From contig JAKLEP010000003.1 of NCBI GenBank assembly GCA_022703055.1, positions 214,238 through 278,237 on the forward strand: a DNA stretch of 64,000 nt. The letters are read 5' to 3'. This DNA is from Candidatus Omnitrophota bacterium (GTDB lineage: Bacteria > Omnitrophota > Gorgyraeia > VGKH01). The notes below the pieces were generated by a model. It made no database searches. It had not been told where the DNA came from and saw only the letters and a program-made list of their open reading frames with translations. Below are positions 53,217 to 62,885 of the stretch, piece by piece. Position 1 is the stretch's first letter, and each line of letters starts with the position of its first letter. Both the position numbers and the translations under genes were made by a program.

Positions 53217-54869
53217 CTATTTTAATTTGAAATTTATGTTAAAAACTGCTATATCGCCTGTCTCTTTCTTCTCTTTGCTGACATTAGCAATGCTTGCATT
53301 ACTAAAATAACCGGAATTCTTCATGGAAGAAATAAATTCTGTCAAAACAGCATCGGGATTCTGATCCAAAGTCTTGACAAACCCTCTGATAAAACCGTCC
53401 TTACTTTCGCAATTTACCGATAGCTGGTAGAAAAATATTTCTTTGCCTGCAATATTGCTTAGCTTCTTTAATATCGCTCCCAATGGAGGCTGGGATTTTT
53501 TAATATTGTTTGTAAAATTACTTATAGCGGCAAGGTTCTGCGTAAATTCTTTCACCGGCATCAGATTACTCAGTTGGAATTTAGCATTATTAAGGTTCCT
53601 ATTCAGGATACCGATTCTAACTTTAGTAAAAAGAAAAGACATCGTAAGAAATAAAACCGCAATAAATACTACCCATCTAAGCGATACCTTTTCCACGTTC
53701 TCAATCTGTTGGGTGCGAAACTCAAAAGGCAATAAATTTATCTGTTTTTCATAATCAAGAACTAAGCCTAAGCTGCTAAGGCACTCAGACAATTCTGACT
53801 GGTTAACCGCAGAAGAAATTACGAATTTATCCGGCAAGGCAATATTCTCAACATCCAGTCTTAATTCCTTAGCTAAAAACTTTTCAAAATTCGGAATTTT
53901 TACCCCACCGCCAGCAATCATTATTTTTTTAACTAAACCTGCTCCATATTCAGTATCATAATAAGAAAGAGATCTTTTTACCTCAATTATTAGACGCTCT
54001 AAAACCGGCCGCATCAAAGATAAAAGTTGAATATAGTTTATTTTATTTTTATAGCTGGACTCTTCAAGCGGTATGCCTATGCTTGATATGATTTCATCTA
54101 TCTCCGACGAAGATAATTCAATTTTTCCTGATTGCGTAGCCAGAACGCCTTTTAATGAATCTTTTAGCCTATCGATGGATATTGGAATTTCTCTAAAGAA
54201 CTCAAATTTGTTATCTTTATAAATGGCCAAGTAACTACTGGAATCATCGATATTGAGAGCTGCCAAAGGCAGGGCTGGTTGCAGCGTAAAATTTTGCTCA
54301 ATAATCTTGAGGTATCCGAAGGGAGAAATATTCACTGCTATGCTATCTAGGCCGGCTTGCTTAAGCAATAAAACTTGTTGTTTTATCTTTTCTTCTCTGA
54401 CTGCAATAGCAATAATATCAAGGATCTTGGATCCGTCTTCTTTGGTTGTCTTTTTTATAACCGAATAGTCTATAACGGCATTGGCGACATCAAAAGAAAT
54501 ATCATCTTTAATTTGCCATTTTACCGCATCGAAAAGCTCTGAATCTGGAACGGCGGGAATCTGTATCCTTTTTATTAGCGTGGATTCCAAAGAAGGATTA
54601 AGCACGGTATTTTTATAATCAACATTATTTTCTTTAATAAAATCTTTTATGCATGAAGATACCGCTTCGTCTCTCTTATCTTTGGGTATAGGGAAGCTCT
54701 TAAAAGCATTGACCTTAAGACCGTTCCTGTTAGAGATGCTTAAAATTGATAGCTTTGTGCTTATTTCAATAATAAGGAAACTGTCAATCTTCTTAGAGAA
54801 TAATTTAGCCAGAGTTGATGTTTTAGATTGTAAACCAAATAAAATATTTTTTAAATCTAACTTTTCCAT
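53217..54869 (-). CDS. pilM: PilM-PilN fusion (actin-like ATPase domain plus TM/periplasmic PilN part)
   Basis: 550 aa; PilM-type ASKHA fold over ~380 aa (..MIAGGG.KIP.F..FLA.EL), then LLPFEFR-(14 aa)-TM (LRWVVFIAVLFLTMSFLF) typical of the PilN N-terminus. Confidence 0.75.
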   Translation of the reverse strand: MEKLDLKNILFGLQSKTSTLAKLFSKKIDSFLIIEISTKLSILSISNRNGLKVNAFKSFPIPKDKRDEAVSSCIKDFIKENNVDYKNTVLNPSLESTLIKRIQIPAVPDSELFDAVKWQIKDDISFDVANAVIDYSVIKKTTKEDGSKILDIIAIAVREEKIKQQVLLLKQAGLDSIAVNISPFGYLKIIEQNFTLQPALPLAALNIDDSSSYLAIYKDNKFEFFREIPISIDRLKDSLKGVLATQSGKIELSSSEIDEIISSIGIPLEESSYKNKINYIQLLSLMRPVLERLIIEVKRSLSYYDTEYGAGLVKKIMIAGGGVKIPNFEKFLAKELRLDVENIALPDKFVISSAVNQSELSECLSSLGLVLDYEKQINLLPFEFRTQQIENVEKVSLRWVVFIAVLFLTMSFLFTKVRIGILNRNLNNAKFQLSNLMPVKEFTQNLAAISNFTNNIKKSQPPLGAILKKLSNIAGKEIFFYQLSVNCESKDGFIRGFVKTLDQNPDAVLTEFISSMKNSGYFSNASIANVSKEKKETGDIAVFNINFKLK

Positions 54870-54903
54870 TTGATTTATTATACCACAAATAAAAACGAAC
54901 TAA

Positions 54904-55515
54904 TTAAAAACCTTTAATTTCGACGCCTGTAGTAGTATCTAAAGAACCTTCTTGCGCCCCGAAAGCCCCTGTTCCGGTTTTAACATTGATGCTCATTATA
55001 ACTCTACGTATCTCGGTAACCGGATCGGTACCAGAAACCCAATCTGTGCCATCAGCTTTTTTATAAGAGAAAATTACTGCCGAGGCATTTCTTCCGTCGA
55101 CTGTCACGGAAGGAGAAATATAATAAGGTATAGCTGTTTCTGCCGACCAGCTTACACCGCCGTTAGTGCTGGTGCTGCGATAGATATGTTTATCTAGGGC
55201 ATTCCAGCGAAACCTAACCGACAGCTGTTCAGCCGAAGTAGGATAACCGTAGGTATAGGAAAACTGCATAGCCGAGGCGTCGATGACTTTCCTCGTGTAC
55301 CTTATGCCCCTGGTATCCTTGTTGCCTTCCATGATAGTAAATACCATTTCGTTTGCGATCTTCTGTGTATCTAGTTGCCGCGGGCTGTAGACAAACATTT
55401 GAACGAAAAAAATGATACTCCCAACAATAGTTGCGCCCAAAATAGCGACTACCAAAACTAAAATAATTAATTCTATTAAAGTAAAGCCTTTGTTTTTGCA
55501 AGAAGAATCAATCAT
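54904..55515 (-). CDS. minor pilin / pseudopilin (PilW/GspJ-like)
   Basis: 203 aa; prepilin signal KNKG|FTLIELIILVLVVAILG with Glu+5. Confidence 0.7.
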   Translation of the reverse strand: MIDSSCKNKGFTLIELIILVLVVAILGATIVGSIIFFVQMFVYSPRQLDTQKIANEMVFTIMEGNKDTRGIRYTRKVIDASAMQFSYTYGYPTSAEQLSVRFRWNALDKHIYRSTSTNGGVSWSAETAIPYYISPSVTVDGRNASAVIFSYKKADGTDWVSGTDPVTEIRRVIMSINVKTGTGAFGAQEGSLDTTTGVEIKGF

Positions 55516-55543
55516 ATTAAGCTAATACAACCCTTTCTCTATA

Positions 55544-56413
55544 TTACGGAACCGGATCCATTTCATATGGTGTCACTGGATACGGTATAGTCTTATTATG
55601 AACCAAAAATCCGCCTGCAACATAAGTATGGTAAGGATTAACCTCTAAATTGTATACTGTGACTTTTTGCGCGATTTCTTTAATATCATTAATCGTTTCT
55701 TCCTTGCCGTTGGAATCAAAAAGCTTATCGCCAACCTTCAAGCTACCTATCTTTTCCCAGCGGCCATTAGAATAAACAAGGTGATTCGAGGTGACTTTTA
55801 GATTTCCGTTGACAATAAGGTATCTATCAGCGGCGTGCTGAGAAACTTCCTTGACTTTATCATTCTTAAAAACAGCTGTTTTCTCATCGAAGGCAACAAG
55901 CTGGTCTCCTACCTTTACCTGTTCTATAGGTTTGAGGCTGCCGTCGGCCATAAGTATGGGTGTGCCGGCAAGAAAACAAGAATGCACGATATCCACTAAT
56001 TCTCCTCCGCTTCCTGCTCCAAAAGTGGCGTTAACTATGAAAGTAGTAACACTGACTAATTGCCTACTTAAATCTCCCGCAGGATAAACTCTTACCTGCA
56101 CCTGTTTTAAGGCATTATTATTGTTAACAATATTAACAGTCCGACGCAGGTCAAACGGATAGCCTTCGTAATTACTGGCTGTATTATCGTAGCCGTCAGC
56201 CAGTGTCGGATCGTTAAAATCGAGGCTGTTGACTTTGGCTAATTCAGATTTTGCCAGCCCTTCCGCAATCCCTAAATCCCGGGAATAAAACGTACCGCGT
56301 ACATACTCAATGGACATAATCCCTAAAGGCACTAATACCAAACCAACCAGTACTATCGTAATAATTATTTCTACAAGCGTAAATCCATATTGAAATTTTC
56401 CCATCTTAATCAC
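55544..56413 (-). CDS. minor pilin fused to a C-terminal Hint (intein-like/BIL) autoprocessing domain
   Basis: 289 aa; prepilin signal FQYG|FTLVEIIITIVLVGL. aa 146-273 hold the Hint blocks CFLAGTPILMADG (A), VTSNH (B, TxxH) and VYNLEVNPYHTYVAGGFLVHN (F/G). Followed by Lys and a 16-aa tail. Confidence 0.8.
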   Translation of the reverse strand: MIKMGKFQYGFTLVEIIITIVLVGLVLVPLGIMSIEYVRGTFYSRDLGIAEGLAKSELAKVNSLDFNDPTLADGYDNTASNYEGYPFDLRRTVNIVNNNNALKQVQVRVYPAGDLSRQLVSVTTFIVNATFGAGSGGELVDIVHSCFLAGTPILMADGSLKPIEQVKVGDQLVAFDEKTAVFKNDKVKEVSQHAADRYLIVNGNLKVTSNHLVYSNGRWEKIGSLKVGDKLFDSNGKEETINDIKEIAQKVTVYNLEVNPYHTYVAGGFLVHNKTIPYPVTPYEMDPVP

Positions 56414-56440
56414 AGCCAGCCTCCTTTTTAATAACTTCAG

Positions 56441-57214
56441 CTAGGGTATTATATGATCCTGCGTTTCCTCCCACGAAGTAATGGTACTCGTGTTCGTATC
56501 ATAAGTGGCTATGAGCGTCCTTCTTGCCTCAACTTTAGATCCGCTTCTTACTTCGCCGGTTGCCTTGATTGAGAACTCTTTATTTCCTGCGCGTTGATTT
56601 TGCGCCAATACAACCTTGCGGCTTGTTCCATCGCTAAAAATAAAAGTAACAGTAATGGAGAGACCCGCTGGAATTTGTTTGGAAAAAGCCCAGTCTTGAT
56701 GAGAATAAGAGGCGTATTCCGTACCTGCAGGAATAGTAAAATCCATAATATCAAGGTTGGCTGGCGAAGCAACGGGGATATTCCAAACCCAGGAACCGCC
56801 TAACCTAACTTTTAAGATATTGCCTCCAAAATTCCAGATAACTATCATATTTGTTATGGTAATAGCAGAATTTAAGCTAATATTCTTGATAGGAACGGCG
56901 TAAAATTCCTTGTTCACGGCTATAGGACCTGAAGCATCGACTAAAAGAAAATCTGCGCTACCTCCTCCGACATGGTAATATAGCCCCTCTGCTACATTTA
57001 CATTGCGCATGGCAGACCAACTTCCGGTATTTATGTAAGTCGCAACTGCCTGCATAATACCAGCCTGGGCTAAATATAACGCCTTATCCTGATTTATATT
57101 GGAAATATTATACCTTAAACCTTCGCTAACATAAGTAGCGATACCCAAGGCCACAATCGCCAACGCTATAATTATTATTATTACTTCGATTAAAACTATA
57201 GCCCTATTTTGCAT
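56441..57214 (-). CDS. PilX-like minor pilin (atypical prepilin signal)
   Basis: 257 aa; MQNRA|IVLIEVIIIIIALAIV (Ala at -1, Glu+5), then ALYLAQAGI resembling the PilX N-terminal block. Confidence 0.5.
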   Translation of the reverse strand: MQNRAIVLIEVIIIIIALAIVALGIATYVSEGLRYNISNINQDKALYLAQAGIMQAVATYINTGSWSAMRNVNVAEGLYYHVGGGSADFLLVDASGPIAVNKEFYAVPIKNISLNSAITITNMIVIWNFGGNILKVRLGGSWVWNIPVASPANLDIMDFTIPAGTEYASYSHQDWAFSKQIPAGLSITVTFIFSDGTSRKVVLAQNQRAGNKEFSIKATGEVRSGSKVEARRTLIATYDTNTSTITSWEETQDHIIP

Positions 57215-58685
57215 TCTTCAAATCCTCCAAAACCCTAGCTGCTGGAATATAATTCTTGTCGACTATAAGCGCATTTATGAAGCAATCCTCAGCCTGTTTT
57301 AATTCGCCGATTTCTTTGTAGACTTTGCCTAGATTGTACCAGACATGCGGCTGAGCCGGATCAACCATCAAAGTAATCCAGCAATAAGCAATGGCATTAC
57401 CTTTATCGCCCATGGCGTAAAAGGTCCCAGCAAGATTATTATACACTATATAGCCTTCTTTGAAATTATTTATGTTAGACTGCCAATAAATCATTATGTC
57501 ATGATAATCGTAGTTTCTTTTCATGGTCAATGAGGCGTAAGAGCCAACGAATAAAACAATAACCGCAATAGCCAAGGCTCGCAAGATATATCTATGTTTT
57601 ACTTCTTTGTTAATAATCTCCCAAATTTTCAAGAATAAACAAGCCAAAATAATTGAGAATCCAAAAGAGGCAAGATAAATATACCTCTCCGATATAATAT
57701 TGCAGATAGGAATGATGTTGGAATACTGAATATATGTTACATAGAACCACATAATACCGAAAGCAAGCGGCTTTGAACTCTTGCGAAACCTAAAAAAAGC
57801 GGCTATTGAAACAACAAAAATTATAATCGCAAGTAAGAAAGCTGGAGTAATCTTCTGAATTTTGAATGTATCAAAGGCGAAAGGATGATACAATCCTCGT
57901 TGCAGCGGCATATACAAAATCTTTAAATAATAAACAAATGCTTTGGCCGCAACAATGAGAAATCTAAACCCTCTAAAATAGAAAATCAGATGCACAAATT
58001 TATTCCTCTCCCAATAAAGCCTCAAGACAAAAATTATTGCTATCAAGAATACAAAACAAAGCAATAGAATTCTTAATTTTGCTAGTTTATCGCCTTCTCT
58101 CTTCTCTCTAAAGAATATATCGTAGAGTAAAAACATAACGGGAAGAACTGCGGCAGCATATCCGGCGAGAAAACAGAGGCAAAAGAATATTATTGCCAGA
58201 GAAAGATTAACCAATGACTTATCGGATTTTATATAAAAGATTAACGAGGCAATAAAAAACAAGCTGCTTAAAGCATAGTGTCCTCCGGCAATCCAGCTGA
58301 CCGCTTCGGTATGAATGGGATGAACCGCAAAGATAAGGCTAGTTAAAAAGGATAGTTCTCTTTTGCCAAAAAGGATATTGCAAAGGATGAAAAACAATAT
58401 TACGCAACAAAGATGAACCAGCACATTAAATAAATGGAAATAAAACGGGTTGGCCCCGAAAATACTCCAAATAAATAAGTGTTCTACGTCGGCAAGAATC
58501 CCTACTTTTACGCTAAAATTATTAGAAAAATAATTTTTAATATTATGGACATTATCGTTGATTACTATTGCAGAATAGTCATCTATGATAAAATCTCCCC
58601 ATAAAGAATTATAGTAAACTCCCAGCGTAATAACAGCAAGGACTGCAATCAAAAGCCAGTCGCTTTTAAATTTTATTAGATTCAT
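57204..58685 (-). CDS. GT-C-fold membrane glycosyltransferase (PMT_2/TMTC-like) with C-terminal TPR repeats
   Basis: 493 aa; ~11 TM helices, first-loop acidic motif GDFIIDDYSAIVIN (TMTC/PMT-type DD/DE motif), C-terminal TPR-like repeats (AIAYCWITLMVDPAQPHVWYNLGKVYKEIGELKQAEDCFINAL). Stop overlaps the PilX-like start. Confidence 0.55.
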   Translation of the reverse strand: MNLIKFKSDWLLIAVLAVITLGVYYNSLWGDFIIDDYSAIVINDNVHNIKNYFSNNFSVKVGILADVEHLFIWSIFGANPFYFHLFNVLVHLCCVILFFILCNILFGKRELSFLTSLIFAVHPIHTEAVSWIAGGHYALSSLFFIASLIFYIKSDKSLVNLSLAIIFFCLCFLAGYAAAVLPVMFLLYDIFFREKREGDKLAKLRILLLCFVFLIAIIFVLRLYWERNKFVHLIFYFRGFRFLIVAAKAFVYYLKILYMPLQRGLYHPFAFDTFKIQKITPAFLLAIIIFVVSIAAFFRFRKSSKPLAFGIMWFYVTYIQYSNIIPICNIISERYIYLASFGFSIILACLFLKIWEIINKEVKHRYILRALAIAVIVLFVGSYASLTMKRNYDYHDIMIYWQSNINNFKEGYIVYNNLAGTFYAMGDKGNAIAYCWITLMVDPAQPHVWYNLGKVYKEIGELKQAEDCFINALIVDKNYIPAARVLEDLKNAK

Positions 58686-58708
58686 AGAAATATAATTTAC
58701 TTAAAATT

Positions 58709-58756
58709 ATGGCTGACTTTTCACAAAATACTAAAATTCAATGAAAAGTCAGCCAT
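58709..58756 (-). terminator. strong hairpin terminator/attenuator after the major pilin gene
   Basis: atggctgacttttca (58709-58723) / tgaaaagtcagccat (58742-58756), 15-bp perfect stem; AT-rich tail on the minus strand. Confidence 0.6.
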
Positions 58757-58798
58757 ATTAAATAATAAAAACAATATTATTTCAATATCAAATCTTAA

Positions 58799-59200
58799 TT
58801 ACCAACCAGAACCTTGAGTTTCGGTTGCTGAACTCCAAATTCTTCCGGTGGCAACATCATAAATCCAACCGGCAGCGGTATTGGCTGCCTCGGAAGTACC
58901 GGCGACTATAGATTTGCTTCCGGTATAGGGATTATCAGGGATACTGCCCGATGCCATGACACCGGCGGTTGTCGCCGTCAACTGGCCTAGTGTCGGCCAA
59001 GTAGCTCTTCCTGAAGCCGCTTCCTTTGCATACCAGATAGAAATTCCGCTACGTAGACCACCCAGCGCACCCTTTGTCGCTGCGACTTTAGCCTGGTCCT
59101 GTAAATTAAAGAATGTGGGGATTGCAATAGCCGCCAGGATACCCAAAATAACTATAACCATAACCAACTCAACCAACGTAAAGCCTCTTTTGTTTAACAC
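58799..59200 (-). CDS. pilA: type IV major pilin (PilA-like)
   Basis: 133 aa; MLNKRG|FTLVELVMVIVILGILAAIAIP; small size and following terminator fit the major subunit. Confidence 0.8.
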   Translation of the reverse strand: MLNKRGFTLVELVMVIVILGILAAIAIPTFFNLQDQAKVAATKGALGGLRSGISIWYAKEAASGRATWPTLGQLTATTAGVMASGSIPDNPYTGSKSIVAGTSEAANTAAGWIYDVATGRIWSSATETQGSGW

Positions 59201-59224
59201 CTTATCCTCCTTCTCTATCAGTTT

Positions 59225-59626
59225 CTACCAATTTTCATGCCCTTGGGTGCTAGATAGAATTTTACCCGTGCGGGCATTATATAAATATCTATTCATAAAA
59301 GGATCTAACAAATATCCTTGTTTATCAATGCGAAACGGCTTAAGGTAACTCTTTTTTAATATTATACCACCGGGAGTTTTAAATTCAAACTCTTGATTAA
59401 TAAGACTCACCAAATCATCCGGCATCTTGCCTCTGATAATCTTGTAAAGCTCAACAGACATACGGATATTATAAAGTTCATTGCGCAGGGCTGTTTCTCT
59501 GGCAGCCTTCAAATTAATCTTAGCGAATATTGCAAAAACTCCCATGCAAACAAAAATCACACATAGGACAACCAATAACTCAACCAATGTCAAAGAACGT
59601 TTCTTTTTGATGAATACCATTGTCAA
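59225..59626 (-). CDS. GspG-like pseudopilin (atypical cleavage site)
   Basis: 133 aa; KKKRS|LTLVELLVVL; A....LRNEL.NIRM.VELYK...GK.PD.L..L pattern of GspG; C-terminus SSTQGHENW parallels the PilA SATETQGSGW. Confidence 0.6.
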   Translation of the reverse strand: MTMVFIKKKRSLTLVELLVVLCVIFVCMGVFAIFAKINLKAARETALRNELYNIRMSVELYKIIRGKMPDDLVSLINQEFEFKTPGGIILKKSYLKPFRIDKQGYLLDPFMNRYLYNARTGKILSSTQGHENW

Positions 59627-60837
59627 ACAGGCTTAAATACCTTTATCAAGTTCCACATCGGCATGAATATGCCTAAAGCCATTATCAAAACCATAAAAGC
59701 CAAAACAAAAATAAGTATTGGCTCAATGTACGTAGTCAAATTCTTAATCATATAGCCCGATTCCCGGTCGTAATAATCTGCGACGCTAAGAAGCAATTCA
59801 TCCACCTTGCCCGATTGTTCGCCTATATAGACCATCTGAACAACTATCGGAGAAAAAAGATTACTGACTCTCATTGGCTCAGACATGCCTTTTCCTTGAG
59901 CGACGCTTTTTTTGATATTCTCTATCGCGCGGGAAATTATGATGTTGCCGCTTGAACCCGAAACCAAACTTAAAACCTCTAGGATAGGCACGCCGCTTTT
60001 TAATAACACCGCTGTAACCCTGGCAAACCGCGACATAACCAGCATCTCTACGAGCGGGCCGATAACTGGAACCTTTAATTTAAAGTTATCCCAAATTGGC
60101 TTGCCGAATTTAGAATTAATAAATTTGAAAAAACCGAATATCGAGCCAGCGATAACAAAAATAAAAATATACCAGAATTTCTGAACCGCAAGGTTTATGC
60201 CGATTAAAATTCTCGTCGGAAGGGGCAAGGTTGCATTAAATTGATTATATACTGAGGCGAAGCGCGGGATAACAAATGTAACCACTATTAAAAATCCTAG
60301 GCACAACACGCAGAAGGCAATCATGGGATACCTTGTTGCGCTCTTTATTCTAGCCCGGGTATCGATTTCCTGCTCAATCAATTCTGTCAGGCGGGATAAA
60401 ATTTCAACCATCAGACCGCCGGTTTCCGCGGCTTTAATCATATTGACATAGACTTCATTAAAAACCCGAGGATGTTTTTTTAATGCCGCAGAAAAACTTA
60501 CGCCTCCTCTTACATCGCGAGATATCTCATCAATCACTATCTTAAAATATTGATTTTTTAGCTGCACTGAAATGGCTTCAAGGCTGGAAAGCAGCGGCAC
60601 CCCCGCTTTCTGCAAAGAATAAAGCTGACGGGTAAATGTGTTTATCTCCTCAAGCCCCACTGTTTTAAACTGCTTTAGAATATTATCGGCGCCCACGTCG
60701 CGGACTTCGGAAATTGAAACTGGCAGATAGCCCATCTCAGTAAGTTTCCTAGCGGCGTCTTCCTGGCTATCGGCAGTGGTCGTACCGATAACTAGCTTTG
60801 AGAATTTATCTCTTGCCTTATATCTAAAATTAGGCAT
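59623..60837 (-). CDS. pilC: type IV pilus / T2SS platform protein PilC/GspF
   Basis: 404 aa; duplicated GspF domain, three TM segments, conserved blocks (L.AGV.L..SL, E.SG.L). Confidence 0.9.
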   Translation of the reverse strand: MPNFRYKARDKFSKLVIGTTTADSQEDAARKLTEMGYLPVSISEVRDVGADNILKQFKTVGLEEINTFTRQLYSLQKAGVPLLSSLEAISVQLKNQYFKIVIDEISRDVRGGVSFSAALKKHPRVFNEVYVNMIKAAETGGLMVEILSRLTELIEQEIDTRARIKSATRYPMIAFCVLCLGFLIVVTFVIPRFASVYNQFNATLPLPTRILIGINLAVQKFWYIFIFVIAGSIFGFFKFINSKFGKPIWDNFKLKVPVIGPLVEMLVMSRFARVTAVLLKSGVPILEVLSLVSGSSGNIIISRAIENIKKSVAQGKGMSEPMRVSNLFSPIVVQMVYIGEQSGKVDELLLSVADYYDRESGYMIKNLTTYIEPILIFVLAFMVLIMALGIFMPMWNLIKVFKPV

Positions 60838-60840
60838 CTA

Positions 60841-62508
60841 TTAAGCCTCCTCCGTCACCTTTAAGACTTCTTCCACGGTTGTAATTCCTTTCTGAACCTT
60901 TTCCAGGCCATCATCCAGCAAAATACGCATGCCAGAATCTACAGCAGCTTTTTTGATTTCATTGGCCGACTTTTTAGCGGCAATCATATTCTTAATTGTG
61001 TCATTAATTAACAGCAGCTCAAAAATCCCTATCCTACCGATAAAACCAGTTTCCTTGCATCTCATGCAACCTTTTCCACGATAAAATTCTACCTTTTTAG
61101 CTAAATCTAAATTCTTTAGCATCTCTTGCGAAGGCGAATATTTCTCTTTACATTTTGGACAGATTACCCGAACTAACCTCTGGGCAAGTATGGCAATTAC
61201 TGAACTCGACACCAAAAACGGTTCGACGCCCATATCTAAGAGTCTAGTTAAAGCGCTTGCGGCATCGTTTGTATGTAGCGTTGAGAAAACTAAGTGTCCG
61301 GTCAAAGATGCGCGTATTGCGATATCAGCTGTCTCCCGATCGCGGATTTCTCCCACCATTACTATATCGGGATCCTGCCTCAATATGCTTCTTAGTCCGC
61401 TGGCAAAAGTCAGGCCAGCCTTAGGATTAACCTGTGTCTGGCGGATTAACGGCAACTCATATTCCACAGGATCCTCAATGGTAATGATATTTTTCTCCAT
61501 CGTATTTATCGTAGACAAAGCAGCGTAAAGGGTCGTGGTTTTTCCTGAACCGGTAGGCCCGGTTACTAAAATTATCCCGTTAGGATGGCGTATGACTTTA
61601 TCGAAATCTTTAAGGTCATTATCTGAAAAACCTAATTCTGCTAATCCTAAGATTACGGAAGATTTATCCAGAATCCTCAAAACAATATTCTCTCCGTGCA
61701 CAGTCGGAAACGTAGAAACCCTTAAATCAATATTTTTATTTTCCATCTTAAGCTGAATCCTGCCATCCTGGGGGTTACGGGTTTCCGCGATGTCGATCTG
61801 CGCCATTACTTTTATTCGGGAAGCCAAAGCGCTTTGCAAATGTTTGGGTAAATCCTTAATCTCATGTAAAATCCCGTCTATCCTGTAGCGGATTCTCACC
61901 TTGTCTTCTTCCGGCTCAACGTGAATGTCGCTTGCCCTGTCTTTTACCGCCTGCATGATAAACATATTCACCAGCTTTATCACCGGGGCCTCCTCGGCAA
62001 CTTCGGCCAGGCCTTTAGCATTTTTGGCTTCCAGCTTATCTTTTGTCAGGCCTTTAATCAATTCGTCGGTATCGCCGAGGGCGCCATAGTACTGATCTAT
62101 AGCTTTCTGTATCATGTCTTCCGTAGATAATACCGGTTCTATAGAATCCATTTTGCTTTTTAATCTGATTTCATCTATTGCTTCGATATCCTGTGGATTT
62201 TCCATAGCTACGGTAAGGCTATCCCCTACTTTAAACAAAGGCATGGCTTTATATTTTCTGGCGACCGCCTCAGGTATTAGCTTAACAACCTCGGAATCAA
62301 TCAGATAATCTGTCAAATCCATAAAAGGAACGCCCATGGAATCAGCGATAACTTGGGCGATATCAACCTCGGAAATAAAACCTAGCTTTTCCAAAGCTCT
62401 CTCGACAGGAATCCCGGTTTTCTCCGCCTCGGTTCTAGCTTTAATTAATTGATCCTGAGTAATGATACCTTTTTTAATGAGTAAATCTATCCTATTTTCT
62501 TTTATCAT
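60841..62508 (-). CDS. pilB: type IV pilus assembly ATPase PilB/GspE
   Basis: 555 aa; N-terminal MshEN/T2SSE_N domain, Walker A GPTGSGKTT, Asp/His boxes, tetracysteine CPKC...CMRC. Confidence 0.9.
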   Translation of the reverse strand: MIKENRIDLLIKKGIITQDQLIKARTEAEKTGIPVERALEKLGFISEVDIAQVIADSMGVPFMDLTDYLIDSEVVKLIPEAVARKYKAMPLFKVGDSLTVAMENPQDIEAIDEIRLKSKMDSIEPVLSTEDMIQKAIDQYYGALGDTDELIKGLTKDKLEAKNAKGLAEVAEEAPVIKLVNMFIMQAVKDRASDIHVEPEEDKVRIRYRIDGILHEIKDLPKHLQSALASRIKVMAQIDIAETRNPQDGRIQLKMENKNIDLRVSTFPTVHGENIVLRILDKSSVILGLAELGFSDNDLKDFDKVIRHPNGIILVTGPTGSGKTTTLYAALSTINTMEKNIITIEDPVEYELPLIRQTQVNPKAGLTFASGLRSILRQDPDIVMVGEIRDRETADIAIRASLTGHLVFSTLHTNDAASALTRLLDMGVEPFLVSSSVIAILAQRLVRVICPKCKEKYSPSQEMLKNLDLAKKVEFYRGKGCMRCKETGFIGRIGIFELLLINDTIKNMIAAKKSANEIKKAAVDSGMRILLDDGLEKVQKGITTVEEVLKVTEEA

Positions 62509-62881
62509 AAGTGAATCCTTTGGAAAATAATTTTAGTCTTATTGGCCGCCTTTTTTCGTGCTCTTTGATGAAATCTTTAATCAATTTGGATTCTCTTTTG
62601 TTCAGTTTTACGAATTTAATCCCTAATCTACTCATGCCTTCGCCTACACAAATTGCAGAGCGAATTTCGCCTTTTAATTTTATAACTCTGTGTTTAATCC
62701 TCAGCTGCAAATCTACGATTACGCCCTGGGGCAGGAATATCTCCGAGAGCATTCCGATACCAGAATTGCTGATGTCCAAAGCCCGCGCCTCAAGGCTTTC
62801 GATAAAAATATTAAAACGCCCCCTAAGCGAAGAATCAATTTTGAGTTCAACTTTTAACGGAATTTTTGGTTTCTTTTTCAT
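62492..62881 (-). CDS. PilZ domain protein (degenerate N-terminal RxxxR motif)
   Basis: Start placed at ATG 62881 (MKKKPKIPLKV) to avoid a 92-nt overlap. DISNSGIG (DxSxxG) is present, but Lys replaces Arg in the RxxxR position. Confidence 0.65.
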   Translation of the reverse strand: MKKKPKIPLKVELKIDSSLRGRFNIFIESLEARALDISNSGIGMLSEIFLPQGVIVDLQLRIKHRVIKLKGEIRSAICVGEGMSRLGIKFVKLNKRESKLIKDFIKEHEKRRPIRLKLFSKGFTYDKRK

Positions 62882-62885
62882 ATTT

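Noticed and set aside
55229-55501. Same-strand overlapping ORFs inside pilin genes (55229-55501, 56548-56772), inside fabF (16691-16891) and inside argD (5968-6153)
   Set aside because: They are alternative frames wholly contained in longer ORFs that have clear family signatures. They have no independent support.
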